Source: an uncultured Erysipelotrichaceae bacterium
GTDB taxonomy: Bacteria; Bacillota_I; Bacilli_A; Erysipelotrichales; Erysipelotrichaceae
Direction: 5' to 3'
Length of the DNA stretch: 32,000 bases
Assembly: GCA_942493105.1 (NCBI GenBank)
Contig: OW818668.1
Coordinates: 1,830,001-1,862,000 of the forward strand
In this document: positions 1 to 8,792 of the stretch, one piece after another
Layout of the letters: every line of letters begins with the position of its first letter
Position numbering within the stretch: position 1 is the first letter of the stretch
Notes under the pieces: model-generated
What the model saw: only the letters and a program-made list of their open reading frames with translations
The model's database searches: none
What the model was told of the DNA's origin: nothing
Position numbers and translations under genes: made by a program

Positions 1-89
1 CATAAGTTCACCTGATTTATATGTTTACAAAAGTCAAAAAAAGCTTAAGATTAAAACAAGAGCATATTAAATAAGAAAGGTTAAATTCA

Positions 90-1568
90 ATGGCCGACCT
101 AAAGAAACTTACAATTTTACATTCAAATGACATGCATGGAGATTTCTTATCAAAAGACAACAATGAACAACTGGTAGGTGGTGTCAGTATGTTGTCTGGC
201 TATGTTTCAAAAGTACGTGAAGAAGAAGAAAGTGTTCTCTATTGTATTGCTGGAGATATGCTTCAAGGGTCATTGATCGACAGTGAGTTCAAAGGCATTT
301 CCACAATGGAAATCATGAATTATATCGCTCCTGATATTGCCTGTGTTGGAAATCATGAGGTAGATTATGGATTACCTCACCTGTTGTTTCTAGAAAAATA
401 CGCTAAATTTTCCATTGTATCCGCAAATTTCTATTTAAAAAATCAGAACACTCGATTATTAAATTCGCATAAATTATTGGAAATAGATGGTATAAAAATC
501 TTGGTCATTGGAATATTGACCGAATCTATTTTAGATTCCCTGAAGATGGACAAATTGATTTCTACCTTCGTTGACATTAAAGATGCTGCTAAAGAAGTTG
601 GAAAGATCTGTGACAGTTATAAGACGACAGATGTTGATTTAACGATCTTATTGACTCATATCGGGTTTGATAATGATTGCACATTGGCCAGTCTATTGGA
701 TCCTTTATGGGGTGTTGACGTCATCATAGGAGGTCATTCTCATACCATCTTAGATAAGCCAGCAGAAATCAATCATATTCTAATTACACAAGCAGGTGTA
801 GGTACGGCTCAAATCGGACGCTTTGATTTGATCATCGATAAGGATCTCAATAAAGTGGACAGTTTTACTTGGAAATTGATTCCAATCACCCCTGAACATT
901 GTCCTAAAGATACAGTGCTAGAAAGTGTAATCTTACGCTTTAAGGATCAAGTCGATGAAAAATATGGTCGCATCTTGACCCATTTAGCTAGAAAACTGAA
1001 TCATCCAAAGCGTGAACAAGAAACAGAGCTTGGTAATCTGCTTTCAGATATCGGAAAAGAAATGCTGGGACTAGATTTAATGATGTTGGGATCTGGGGCA
1101 ATACGCAAAACAGAATGTGGACCTATCGTAACCGTGGCTGATTTAGTGACCATGCTTCCCTATTCCGAGGCTGTCCATCAAATCCAACTTAGTGGAAAAC
1201 AACTCATTCATGCCTTTGAACTTATCTTGAAGCCTGAACGATGCAATCCTACCTTTGAACATTATCAAGTCAACAAAGGAACCACCATCATTTATGATCA
1301 AAGTCTAAACAAAATCGTAAGATTTGAACTCAACAACAAAGTGATTAAACCTAATCAACTTTATAAAGTTGGATTACAAACATTCCATCTCAATAACATC
1401 GATAAATTTCTAGGATTGGATCAAATCGAAGTCTTCAAGAATGCTAAACCTTTGGTGTTATGTACATCTTTTAACAACATCATCGAAGAATATCTCATGA
1501 CCCATACCAATCTCAAATCAAAAGTTGAAGGCAGAATCCAACGCATCAATCATCCTAAACAATCCTGA
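90..1568 (+). CDS. Bifunctional metallophosphatase / 5'-nucleotidase family protein (no signal peptide visible, so probably cytoplasmic)
   Basis: 492-aa ORF. Calcineurin-type metallophosphoesterase motifs are present (LHSNDMHGD, AGDMLQG, GNHEVDYG, GGHSH), followed by a 5'-nucleotidase C-terminal-type region. AGAAAGG lies about 9 nt upstream of the ATG. Confidence 0.85.
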   Translation: MADLKKLTILHSNDMHGDFLSKDNNEQLVGGVSMLSGYVSKVREEEESVLYCIAGDMLQGSLIDSEFKGISTMEIMNYIAPDIACVGNHEVDYGLPHLLFLEKYAKFSIVSANFYLKNQNTRLLNSHKLLEIDGIKILVIGILTESILDSLKMDKLISTFVDIKDAAKEVGKICDSYKTTDVDLTILLTHIGFDNDCTLASLLDPLWGVDVIIGGHSHTILDKPAEINHILITQAGVGTAQIGRFDLIIDKDLNKVDSFTWKLIPITPEHCPKDTVLESVILRFKDQVDEKYGRILTHLARKLNHPKREQETELGNLLSDIGKEMLGLDLMMLGSGAIRKTECGPIVTVADLVTMLPYSEAVHQIQLSGKQLIHAFELILKPERCNPTFEHYQVNKGTTIIYDQSLNKIVRFELNNKVIKPNQLYKVGLQTFHLNNIDKFLGLDQIEVFKNAKPLVLCTSFNNIIEEYLMTHTNLKSKVEGRIQRINHPKQS

Positions 1569-1640
1569 TACATGGATGTATATGGCTTGATTTAATCTTT
1601 TTGAAACGTCATAGTTGGTTTAGAAAGACAATGGGAAAAT

Positions 1641-2060
1641 ATGCAAAAATCAATAACCATAGAAACTGAAGTCTTAGCATCACTAGAAAAAGTGTGGGAA
1701 GTTTGGACATCACCCAAACATATCGTTAAGTGGAACACTGCATCTGATGATTGGCATACCACAAATGCCATAAATGACTTAAGCATCGGTGGTAGATTTA
1801 ATTATAGGATGGAATCAAAAGATGGAAAAGAAGGATTTGATTTCTGGGGAACTTATGATGAACTTATATTGAAAAAATTGATAAAAATCACTTTAGGAGA
1901 TGATCGCAAGATGGAAGTCCGCTTCATCCCTGTTGGATCAAAAATAAGGATCAATGAGACCTTTGAGATCGAAGACGAAAATTCTGAAGAACTGCAAAGA
2001 GCTGGATGGCAAGCCATTCTAGAACATTTTAAATCCTATACTGAATCCCTATCGGATTGA
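1641..2060 (+). CDS. SRPBCC superfamily protein (AHSA1 / START-like fold)
   Basis: 139-aa ORF. The N-terminus (ITIETEVLASLEKVWEVWTSPKHIVKW) is typical of Activator-of-Hsp90-ATPase-homolog-1-like bacterial proteins. Confidence 0.7.
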   Translation: MQKSITIETEVLASLEKVWEVWTSPKHIVKWNTASDDWHTTNAINDLSIGGRFNYRMESKDGKEGFDFWGTYDELILKKLIKITLGDDRKMEVRFIPVGSKIRINETFEIEDENSEELQRAGWQAILEHFKSYTESLSD

Positions 2061-2073
2061 AGGAGTTCACACT

Positions 2074-2502
2074 ATGATTCAATTTATGAATTACATTGAT
2101 TTCAATGGGAATGCATTGGCAGCAGTAAACTTTTATGCGGAAGTCTTTGGCTTAGAAAAACCTCACTTTTTTCTATATAAGGATGTTCCTACGCATAGCC
2201 CAACAACTCCTGAAACTGAAAACTTAATTGCTCATGCCAATTTGAAAATCGGAGATTATACTTTGATGTTTTCAGATACTCCGCCAGGTAAACCTGTCAA
2301 AATTGGTGAAAACATTACTTTATTTGTTCAATTTGACGATCTAGATGAACAAAAAGCAATTTATGAAAAACTCAAAGTCAACGCAAACATCATCATTCCT
2401 CTGTCAGAAACATATTGGAGTAAGTCATATACCTATTTGATCGATCAATTTGAGATAGGTTGGCAACTTGATTATGTTGCTAAAGAAAATAATAAGCCAT
2501 AA
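2074..2502 (+). CDS. VOC / PhnB-like (glyoxalase-fold) protein
   Basis: 142-aa ORF. The N-terminus (NYIDFNGNALAAVNFYAEVFG) matches the PhnB / 3-demethylubiquinone methyltransferase-like domain pattern. AAGGAG RBS lies 8 nt upstream. Confidence 0.65.
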   Translation: MIQFMNYIDFNGNALAAVNFYAEVFGLEKPHFFLYKDVPTHSPTTPETENLIAHANLKIGDYTLMFSDTPPGKPVKIGENITLFVQFDDLDEQKAIYEKLKVNANIIIPLSETYWSKSYTYLIDQFEIGWQLDYVAKENNKP

Positions 2503-2512
2503 TTTACAATTT

Positions 2513-2539
2513 AAAGAATGCCGTAAGTCATTCTTTTTT
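2513..2539 (+). terminator. Rho-independent terminator after the PhnB-like gene
   Basis: Stem AAAGAATG (2513-2520) pairs with CATTCTTT (2529-2536) around an 8-nt loop. A T-run extends to 2539. Confidence 0.6.
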
Positions 2540-2624
2540 ATGATGATTTATGCTCATGCAGCCGACATTTAGCGAAGTGTTAATCACTTATGTTATAGTT
2601 TCTATAGTAAACAAGGAGAAACCT

Positions 2625-3956
2625 ATGCTAGAACACCAAGCGTGGATACATTTTGCCCCTGAATTGGTATTAGAATGGAAACAAGCACAGGATGAAGGCC
2701 GAGATGTTAAACTCTTGCGAGCCATTTGTGAAGAGGTCGCAAAACGCGGGATCACTGAAAATAAAAACGAGGTCGCAAAAGCCATAAAAGCTCAACTCGA
2801 TAATGCTCCACTGATCAAAAACTACCCTTTTATAGAGCCTTCTGATTATCCTGGAATACAATCCGCAAAACCAAATAGAAGACACAAATTCTCTGTACAG
2901 TTATCCGATGAAGTCTTGTTTGATAAAATTAAGGGAGCATGGATTGGTCGTATCAGTGGTTGTTTATTGGGTAAACCTGTTGAAGGATGGCTGATCAAAG
3001 ATCTAACCAAACTACTTAAAGATTGCAATAATTATCCAATGGAACGTTACATCAAGCGAAATGAGTTCACTCCAGAATGGATTAAAAAAACAGATCCTAA
3101 TCGGGCATGGGCTGATTCACTAAATTGCTTTGCGCCGATTGATGATGATACCAATTACACTGTTTTAGCACTAAAACTGGTTCAAACTTATGGGAAAGAT
3201 TTTAGACCCAATGATGTTTTAGAAGCTTGGTTATCTTGGATGCCCATATTGGCAACCTGTACTGCAGAACGCGTCGCTTATCGCAATGCTTCTATGGGCT
3301 TATTGGCACCAGAAACTGCAACCACCATGAACCCATACCGTGAATGGATCGGAGCTCAGATCAGAGCCGATTTCTTTGGATACATCAACGTTGGCGATCC
3401 TGATCTGGCTGCCGAAATGGCCTTTAGAGATGCCAGTATCTCACACATTAAAAATGGGATCTATGGTGAAATGTTGATGGCTGCCATGATTGCAGCTGCT
3501 TCAGTCAGCGATGATGTATTGACCATCATTGAAGCGGGACTTGATGAAATTCCAGCTCGTTGTCGTTTACGCAGAGACATTCAAGCTGTTTTGGTGAATG
3601 TTAGAGAACAGAAATCTTATGATGAAACGATCACTTTGATCCACAAGCTTTATGACGAAACCACTGGTCATGGTTGGTGTCACACCAATCCTAACGCAAT
3701 GATCGTGATCACAGCTTTATGTTATGGAAACAAAGATTTCTCAAAAAGCTTAGGTATGGCTGTTCAAGCGGGATTTGACACAGACTGTAATGGCGCTACC
3801 TTAGGTTCATTATTGGGCATGTTGCTGGGAGCACATAGTATTCCTGAGCAGTGGATCCAACCCCATCAAAATACGTTAGAAACATCTTTGATTGGTTTCA
3901 CAAAAGTTACAATTGATGAATTGGTTCAAGAAACACTGTCATTAATCAAAAAATAA
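2625..3956 (+). CDS. ADP-ribosylglycohydrolase family protein with an N-terminal extension of about 100 aa
   Basis: ARH-family motifs are present: GAWIGRISGCLLGKPVEG, DDDTNYT, GFDTDCNGATLGSLLG. The track start at 2550 has no RBS. The in-frame ATG at 2625 is preceded by AAGGAG (2613-2618) with 6-nt spacing, so I use 2625. Confidence 0.85.
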   Translation: MLEHQAWIHFAPELVLEWKQAQDEGRDVKLLRAICEEVAKRGITENKNEVAKAIKAQLDNAPLIKNYPFIEPSDYPGIQSAKPNRRHKFSVQLSDEVLFDKIKGAWIGRISGCLLGKPVEGWLIKDLTKLLKDCNNYPMERYIKRNEFTPEWIKKTDPNRAWADSLNCFAPIDDDTNYTVLALKLVQTYGKDFRPNDVLEAWLSWMPILATCTAERVAYRNASMGLLAPETATTMNPYREWIGAQIRADFFGYINVGDPDLAAEMAFRDASISHIKNGIYGEMLMAAMIAAASVSDDVLTIIEAGLDEIPARCRLRRDIQAVLVNVREQKSYDETITLIHKLYDETTGHGWCHTNPNAMIVITALCYGNKDFSKSLGMAVQAGFDTDCNGATLGSLLGMLLGAHSIPEQWIQPHQNTLETSLIGFTKVTIDELVQETLSLIKK

Positions 3957-3977
3957 GACCACTTACGTGGTCTTTTT
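3956..3977. terminator. Bidirectional terminator between the convergent ARH gene and ribBA
   Basis: AGACCAC-ttac-GTGGTCT hairpin, flanked by A-rich sequence on the left and TTTTT on the right. It sits between two convergent stop codons. Confidence 0.7.
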
Positions 3978-5172
3978 ACTCTTCAAATTTTAACATATGA
4001 CTGAGTTTAACTTGTTTGGTCTTTAAGTAAAGCTCATTCTTTTCATTATGATTGAGCTGTATAGGAATTCTTTCAGAGATTTCGATCCCATAACCAGATA
4101 AACCAACCAATTTTCGAGGATTGTTTGTCATTAATCGCAATTGTTTGATGTTGAGATCCGCTAATATTTGAGCTCCAATCCCATAATCACGCATATCTGC
4201 CGCAAATCCTAAAGCAAGATTAGCTTCTACTGTGTCTAGTCCTTGATCCTGCAAAGCATAAGCACGAATCTTATTGATCAATCCAATTCCACGGCCTTCT
4301 TGCCTCATATATAGAAGCACACCACGGCCTTCCTTTTCAATAGCCTTCATAGCTGCGTCAAATTGTTGACCACAGTCACATCTGAGTGAGCCAAACGCAT
4401 CACCGGTCAAACATTCACTATGAACTCTGATCAAGACTGGTTCGCCATTACTGACATCCCCTTTTACAAGCGCAACATGATGTTCCTTGGTTAGTGTATT
4501 CTCGTAACCTATGATTGTGAAATCACCATAACGTGTAGGCATTTTAGCACTGGATGCACGTTTGATGATCGATTCTCTTTGTCGACGATGAGCAATCAAG
4601 TCTTCGATCTTGATGATCAGTAAATCTTCTTTTTGGGCCAGTTCAATCAATTCATCATGATTAAATCGTGTCCCATCTTCATGGGCGATTTCACTGACCA
4701 ATCCGACTGGTTTTAGGTTTGCTAAACGTGCCAAGTCGACAGAGGCTTCTACGTGACCTACTCTTTTTAGGACGCCCCCAAAATGCGCTTGGGTGATATA
4801 AATATGACCAGGTTGAACAAAGTCATTGATCGTTGAATTATAATCTGCTAATTTCTGTATTGTTTTTAATCGCGCCTTAAGACTTTGATTGCCTAAAACG
4901 CTCTTTTCTTCAATTGATACAGAATTGACTACCAAATAAGTATGATCGTCTAGACTTGCTTGAAAGCCAAGATCAAGTAAGCGAGCGGCTTCCAAAGCTA
5001 CATGTAAGGTCAAATGACCCACCTGTTCAAACAAGGCTAAATTTTGGGCCGAGCTCTTTTCTGCAGCCAAAATCAAATGTGCTTTTGATTCAGATGACTC
5101 ATCATCTAAAATGATAATGGGTTTACCCATTAAGGTTGCTTGAATGGCACTGGGAATCGTATTGAATTTCAT
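3976..5172 (-). CDS. ribBA: Bifunctional 3,4-dihydroxy-2-butanone-4-phosphate synthase / GTP cyclohydrolase II (RibBA); the RibB half is diverged
   Basis: The C-terminal half carries the GTP cyclohydrolase II zinc motif [18 protein letters not shown] and [15 protein letters not shown]. The N-terminal half is DHBP-synthase-like ([17 protein letters not shown]). The ATG at 5172 has AAAGGAA 6 nt upstream, whereas the track start at 5199 has no RBS. Confidence 0.88.
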   Translation of the reverse strand: MKFNTIPSAIQATLMGKPIIILDDESSESKAHLILAAEKSSAQNLALFEQVGHLTLHVALEAARLLDLGFQASLDDHTYLVVNSVSIEEKSVLGNQSLKARLKTIQKLADYNSTINDFVQPGHIYITQAHFGGVLKRVGHVEASVDLARLANLKPVGLVSEIAHEDGTRFNHDELIELAQKEDLLIIKIEDLIAHRRQRESIIKRASSAKMPTRYGDFTIIGYENTLTKEHHVALVKGDVSNGEPVLIRVHSECLTGDAFGSLRCDCGQQFDAAMKAIEKEGRGVLLYMRQEGRGIGLINKIRAYALQDQGLDTVEANLALGFAADMRDYGIGAQILADLNIKQLRLMTNNPRKLVGLSGYGIEISERIPIQLNHNEKNELYLKTKQVKLSHMLKFEE

Positions 5173-5306
5173 ATTGTGTTCCTTTTGATATTTCTTCAAT
5201 ATAAAGTTAACTCATGGTAACCTTATAAACCATAATTCTGCCCAACTATCAAACGCATATAAAGAAGGAAACTAAAAAATGCCCAATCAAAGATCTTTCA
5301 TTTTTA

Positions 5307-7145
5307 TTATGATTTGCTTAACTCTGTTTCCAGCTCACCTTCATGGTCCTTGATTTGTGTTTTAAATTGTGTTTCATAAAGATGCGCATAAAGCCCATTA
5401 AACTTTAATAGTTCGTCGTGTTTGCCTTGCTCAAGTAGGACACCCTTCTCAAGTACAATGATGTTGTCAGCCATCAGAATGGTTGATAAACGATGGGCGA
5501 TAACGATGCTTGTTCTTCCAATCAAAAGAGGACCCATGGCTTTCTGTATGTATTCTTCAGATACAGAATCAAGTGATGAAGTTGCTTCATCAAGAATGAT
5601 GATTTTAGGATTTTTTAAAATGACACGGGCAATCGACAATCTTTGTTTTTCACCACCAGATAATTTGATTCCGCGATTTCCAACAATGGTATCATAGCCT
5701 TCAGGTAAAGTGCTTATGAAATCATGAATATAGGCTGCCTGACATGCTTTGATCATATCTTCAGTTGAAGCATCTGATTTACTATACAAAAGATTATCTT
5801 TAATGGAAGCATTAAACAGATAGGGTTCTTGCATGACGATCCCAATATGCGAGCGTAATGATTCTAGCGTCACATCTTTAATGTTGATCCCATCTACATT
5901 GACACTTCCGGATAAGACATCATAAAGCCTTGGGATAAGATTGGTGATGGTTGTCTTACCGGCACCACTTGGTCCAACAAGTGCTGTAATCGTTGAAGGA
6001 TAAGCCTTAAAGGAAAGGTCATGTAGGATGGGTTGATTTGAATTGTAGGCAAAATGTACATGATCAAACTCGATCAAACCATCTTGAATGGGTAGATCTA
6101 TCGCGCCTTCTTTGTTTTTGACTTCTTGGTCTTGGTCTAAATATTCAAATATTCTTCCAAATAAAGCAAAGGATCTGGTCACATCGATATGGATGTTGGA
6201 CAATTGTGTAACAGGTCCATATAAACGACTTAACAAGGCCACAAAGGCAATGATGCTTCCTACAGTCAATTCTCCTTGAATCAAAAGATAACCTCCATAG
6301 AAGTACACCATCATCGGACCTATGGTCATAAAGATCTGAATCGTCATCATAAACCAACGACCAACTAAAGATTCCTGAAGTTGTAATTTGATCAGATCCT
6401 TATTGATCTTTTCAAAATTCTGTTTTTCTTGGTTTTCTTTGGTAAAGATCTTCATTAAAATCAAACCTGATAATCCTAATGTTTCTTGGATGATCTGATT
6501 GAGCTCACTGGCTTTTTCTTGTGATTTCATGGCAATCTTCCATCTTACCTTCCCGACTTTTCGAGTTGGGAAGATAAACAAAGGCAAAACCACCATACTC
6601 AATAATGCCAATTTCCAATTCATATTAAACAAAACCAAAGCTGTGGTCAATAAAGTAAAGGATGAGTTTAATGCATTGACGATCGTAGAATTGAAAATAT
6701 CTTGTATCCCATCGATATCGGTGCCCATTCGAGTGGTGATTTCACCAGGTTTAGCCATCGTAAAGAAACTCAGAGACATTCCTTGAAGATGATGGTACAT
6801 CCTATTTTTTATGTTGAAGATAATGTGTTTTGAGATCCATGAATTAAGGTAACTTTGACCTACCTGTATCAGATTGATCAAGATCGTCGTGGCAATAGAT
6901 ATCAATACTAATAGCCCTAACATTTGGATGTCTTTTTGAGGCAAAGCCACATCAATAATGTTTTTCAATAAAAGAGAGGGTACCAAATTCAAGATCGACA
7001 TTGCCAAGATCATAAGGATCGTCAAACTTAATTGAAATATATACGGTTTAAAATGACTTAGGATGCGCAAAAGGATCTTCTTTGAGATCTCAGGAGCTTT
7101 ATCATTTTCACTAACATAACGTATTCTGCCTAAACCAGCTGGCAT
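5307..7145 (-). CDS. ABC exporter, fused permease/ATPase (MsbA / multidrug-type half transporter)
   Basis: 612 aa with an N-terminal six-helix ABC exporter membrane domain. Walker A is GPSGAGKTT, the signature is LSGGEKQRLSIAR, and Walker B is IIILDEATS. AAGGAGG RBS lies 8 nt upstream. Confidence 0.9.
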   Translation of the reverse strand: MPAGLGRIRYVSENDKAPEISKKILLRILSHFKPYIFQLSLTILMILAMSILNLVPSLLLKNIIDVALPQKDIQMLGLLVLISIATTILINLIQVGQSYLNSWISKHIIFNIKNRMYHHLQGMSLSFFTMAKPGEITTRMGTDIDGIQDIFNSTIVNALNSSFTLLTTALVLFNMNWKLALLSMVVLPLFIFPTRKVGKVRWKIAMKSQEKASELNQIIQETLGLSGLILMKIFTKENQEKQNFEKINKDLIKLQLQESLVGRWFMMTIQIFMTIGPMMVYFYGGYLLIQGELTVGSIIAFVALLSRLYGPVTQLSNIHIDVTRSFALFGRIFEYLDQDQEVKNKEGAIDLPIQDGLIEFDHVHFAYNSNQPILHDLSFKAYPSTITALVGPSGAGKTTITNLIPRLYDVLSGSVNVDGINIKDVTLESLRSHIGIVMQEPYLFNASIKDNLLYSKSDASTEDMIKACQAAYIHDFISTLPEGYDTIVGNRGIKLSGGEKQRLSIARVILKNPKIIILDEATSSLDSVSEEYIQKAMGPLLIGRTSIVIAHRLSTILMADNIIVLEKGVLLEQGKHDELLKFNGLYAHLYETQFKTQIKDHEGELETELSKS

Positions 7146-7242
7146 TATGAAACCTCCTTAGGGTAAGATTTATCTATTAATCGAGATGACACTTTGTTCA
7201 ATTGTTACCTTAATTCTCAAGAAAAAAACTAAAAAAGCTTTA

Positions 7243-7971
7243 TTATTCATCTTGTTCAATCGTAAAGTGAAGATTTTCAGGTAAGATCCAGCAAGCATTG
7301 ATTTCGATCAATCGATCTAAACGATCATAAGTCTTAACGATCGAGTAGCAAAACGCACTGCCTGTAGGAACATTTAAAAGCTCGGCCTCCTTCTTACGCA
7401 GATTTCCGGCTTCCAAAGTTCTCTCTGAACGGCTGACTTCGATATGATACATTGATTCAAATAATGAATAATAAGGTTTGTTGCTTTGAAGCACATTTTC
7501 AAAGTCGGGAAATAAATCTTGTGGGAAGTAACAATCCATTAAAACTTGGGGTATATCGTTACCTGAATACAAACGACGGGTATAAAGAATCTTATTGAAA
7601 GGGATCTTGATTCCAATGTCTTTGGTGATCTTATGGTCTCTTTTTAGGGCTAAAGTTAAAATGCTGGGAATAGCTCCGCCTTGTCGGATGATGTCATGTA
7701 AAGATGTAAAATCTCTAAAAATCAATTGCGATACTTTGCCATAATTCACTGACCACGTTTGGTTTTTTTGAATCAAATGATTTGCTTTTGTCAAAGCTTG
7801 ATATGCCATCAAGACATCATTTTCTTCTACACCAAGTTCTCTGGCAAACTCAAAAACGCTGGGTAAACTTGTTCCCTGCAACAACTCTCCACGCATCAAT
7901 CTTAAGCGCAGTTCGATTTCTATTTGCTGAAAAAGAGGTGTCTTTGAGCGTCGATCGATGGTGATGTTCAT
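7243..7971 (-). CDS. GntR-family (HutC-like, UTRA effector domain) transcriptional regulator, second of a tandem pair
   Basis: 242 aa. An N-terminal GntR winged-HTH pattern (PLFQQIEIELRLRLMRGELLQGTSLPSVFEFARELGV) is followed by a C-terminal region of UTRA size. Its start overlaps the upstream gene's stop by 4 nt (ATGA). Confidence 0.8.
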   Translation of the reverse strand: MNITIDRRSKTPLFQQIEIELRLRLMRGELLQGTSLPSVFEFARELGVEENDVLMAYQALTKANHLIQKNQTWSVNYGKVSQLIFRDFTSLHDIIRQGGAIPSILTLALKRDHKITKDIGIKIPFNKILYTRRLYSGNDIPQVLMDCYFPQDLFPDFENVLQSNKPYYSLFESMYHIEVSRSERTLEAGNLRKKEAELLNVPTGSAFCYSIVKTYDRLDRLIEINACWILPENLHFTIEQDE

Positions 7972-8708
7972 CTTTTCTCCTGAGTATAGACCAATTTTAA
8001 ATAACGGCCAGGGTAAGTAGATTGAATAAAAAACAAAGGTTTATCCTGGGAGTCTACATAGGTGCTGCGATAGATATACGCAGCTTCATGACGTTCTACT
8101 TGAAGCATCTGTGACGAAAAGGATTGTAGATTCTCAACCGAAAATTCGTGTTTAGACCTTGCTAAGGGCAATTGATACATGTCTTTTGCCAATAAAGTTA
8201 TGGGATAATTAGGATTAATAAATGCTTTGTCAAGGTTAGGAAAGCTTGAACAAGGCAAAATTAATTCTTGACCATAGACTGGAGTCGTGTGATAGACAGC
8301 CGTCAAAAGTATTCGATAAACCAAAGTTCCTGGTTCAAGATTCAAATAAGCGAAAGCCAATTCATGTTGATCGATGATTTCAATTAGGTTAAGTTTTTTT
8401 TGAACACCCATTTGGGTAAAACGTTGCTCTAAGATTTTGATGTTGGTAATGGCTGTTTCGATTTTGGGGACCGTTGTGACAAAAGTTCCTTTACCTCTTA
8501 TTCTTGAAATCAGTTTTTCTTTTGTCAAAACAGAATAAGCTTGTTTGACGACGATATTGCTGATTCCAAATTGAGTACAAATGTCTTCGTCGGTAGGCAA
8601 TTGATCGTCATGCTTTAAAACTTGATCTGCGATTGCCTTTTTGATGCTTAAAACCAATTGCTGATAAATGGGTTGTTTTGAAGTTTTATTGATATGAAGG
8701 TAAAACAT
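7968..8708 (-). CDS. GntR-family (HutC-like, UTRA effector domain) transcriptional regulator, first of a tandem pair
   Basis: 246 aa. GntR wHTH pattern is present (QPIYQQLVLSIKKAIADQVLKHDDQLPTDEDICTQFGISNIVVKQAY...GKGTFV), with a UTRA-sized C-terminus. Confidence 0.8.
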   Translation of the reverse strand: MFYLHINKTSKQPIYQQLVLSIKKAIADQVLKHDDQLPTDEDICTQFGISNIVVKQAYSVLTKEKLISRIRGKGTFVTTVPKIETAITNIKILEQRFTQMGVQKKLNLIEIIDQHELAFAYLNLEPGTLVYRILLTAVYHTTPVYGQELILPCSSFPNLDKAFINPNYPITLLAKDMYQLPLARSKHEFSVENLQSFSSQMLQVERHEAAYIYRSTYVDSQDKPLFFIQSTYPGRYLKLVYTQEKR

Positions 8709-8714
8709 AGTGTA

Positions 8715-8723
8715 ATTATAGCA
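8715..8723 (-). promoter_or_regulatory. Extended -10 promoter element (TGcTATAAT) placed for a leaderless GntR transcript
   Basis: The minus strand reads TGCTATAAT-tacact-ATG. The -10 hexamer ends 6 nt before the ATG at 8708, and no Shine-Dalgarno sequence lies between them. Confidence 0.35.
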
Positions 8724-8734
8724 AGAAATAGTAT

Positions 8735-8759
8735 AAAAAGATGATATTTATCATCTTTT
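8735..8759 (-). terminator. Hairpin terminator downstream of glycerate kinase
   Basis: Near-perfect palindrome AAAAGATGATA-tt-TATCATCTTTT, with T/A runs on both sides. Confidence 0.5.
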
Positions 8760-8792
8760 AGAGGGGTTGATGTCTTTATAGCACGTCAATAT

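Noticed and set aside
1592-3028. Short minus-strand ORFs (1592-1786, 2588-2785, 2670-2885, 2846-3028)
   Set aside because: All are antisense to motif-supported plus-strand genes and look like AT-rich shadow frames.
5173-5306. An FMN (RFN) riboswitch was expected upstream of ribBA
   Set aside because: The 107-nt spacer is too short and lacks the conserved RFN core segments. It contains only the end of the ABC exporter gene region and a weak AT-rich palindrome.
5422-6786. Antisense or alternative-frame ORFs within the ABC exporter gene (5422-5697, 6088-6279, 6145-6357, 6499-6786)
   Set aside because: They are shadow ORFs opposite to, or out of frame with, a gene that has unambiguous Walker and signature motifs. 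None has an RBS or recognisable motifs.
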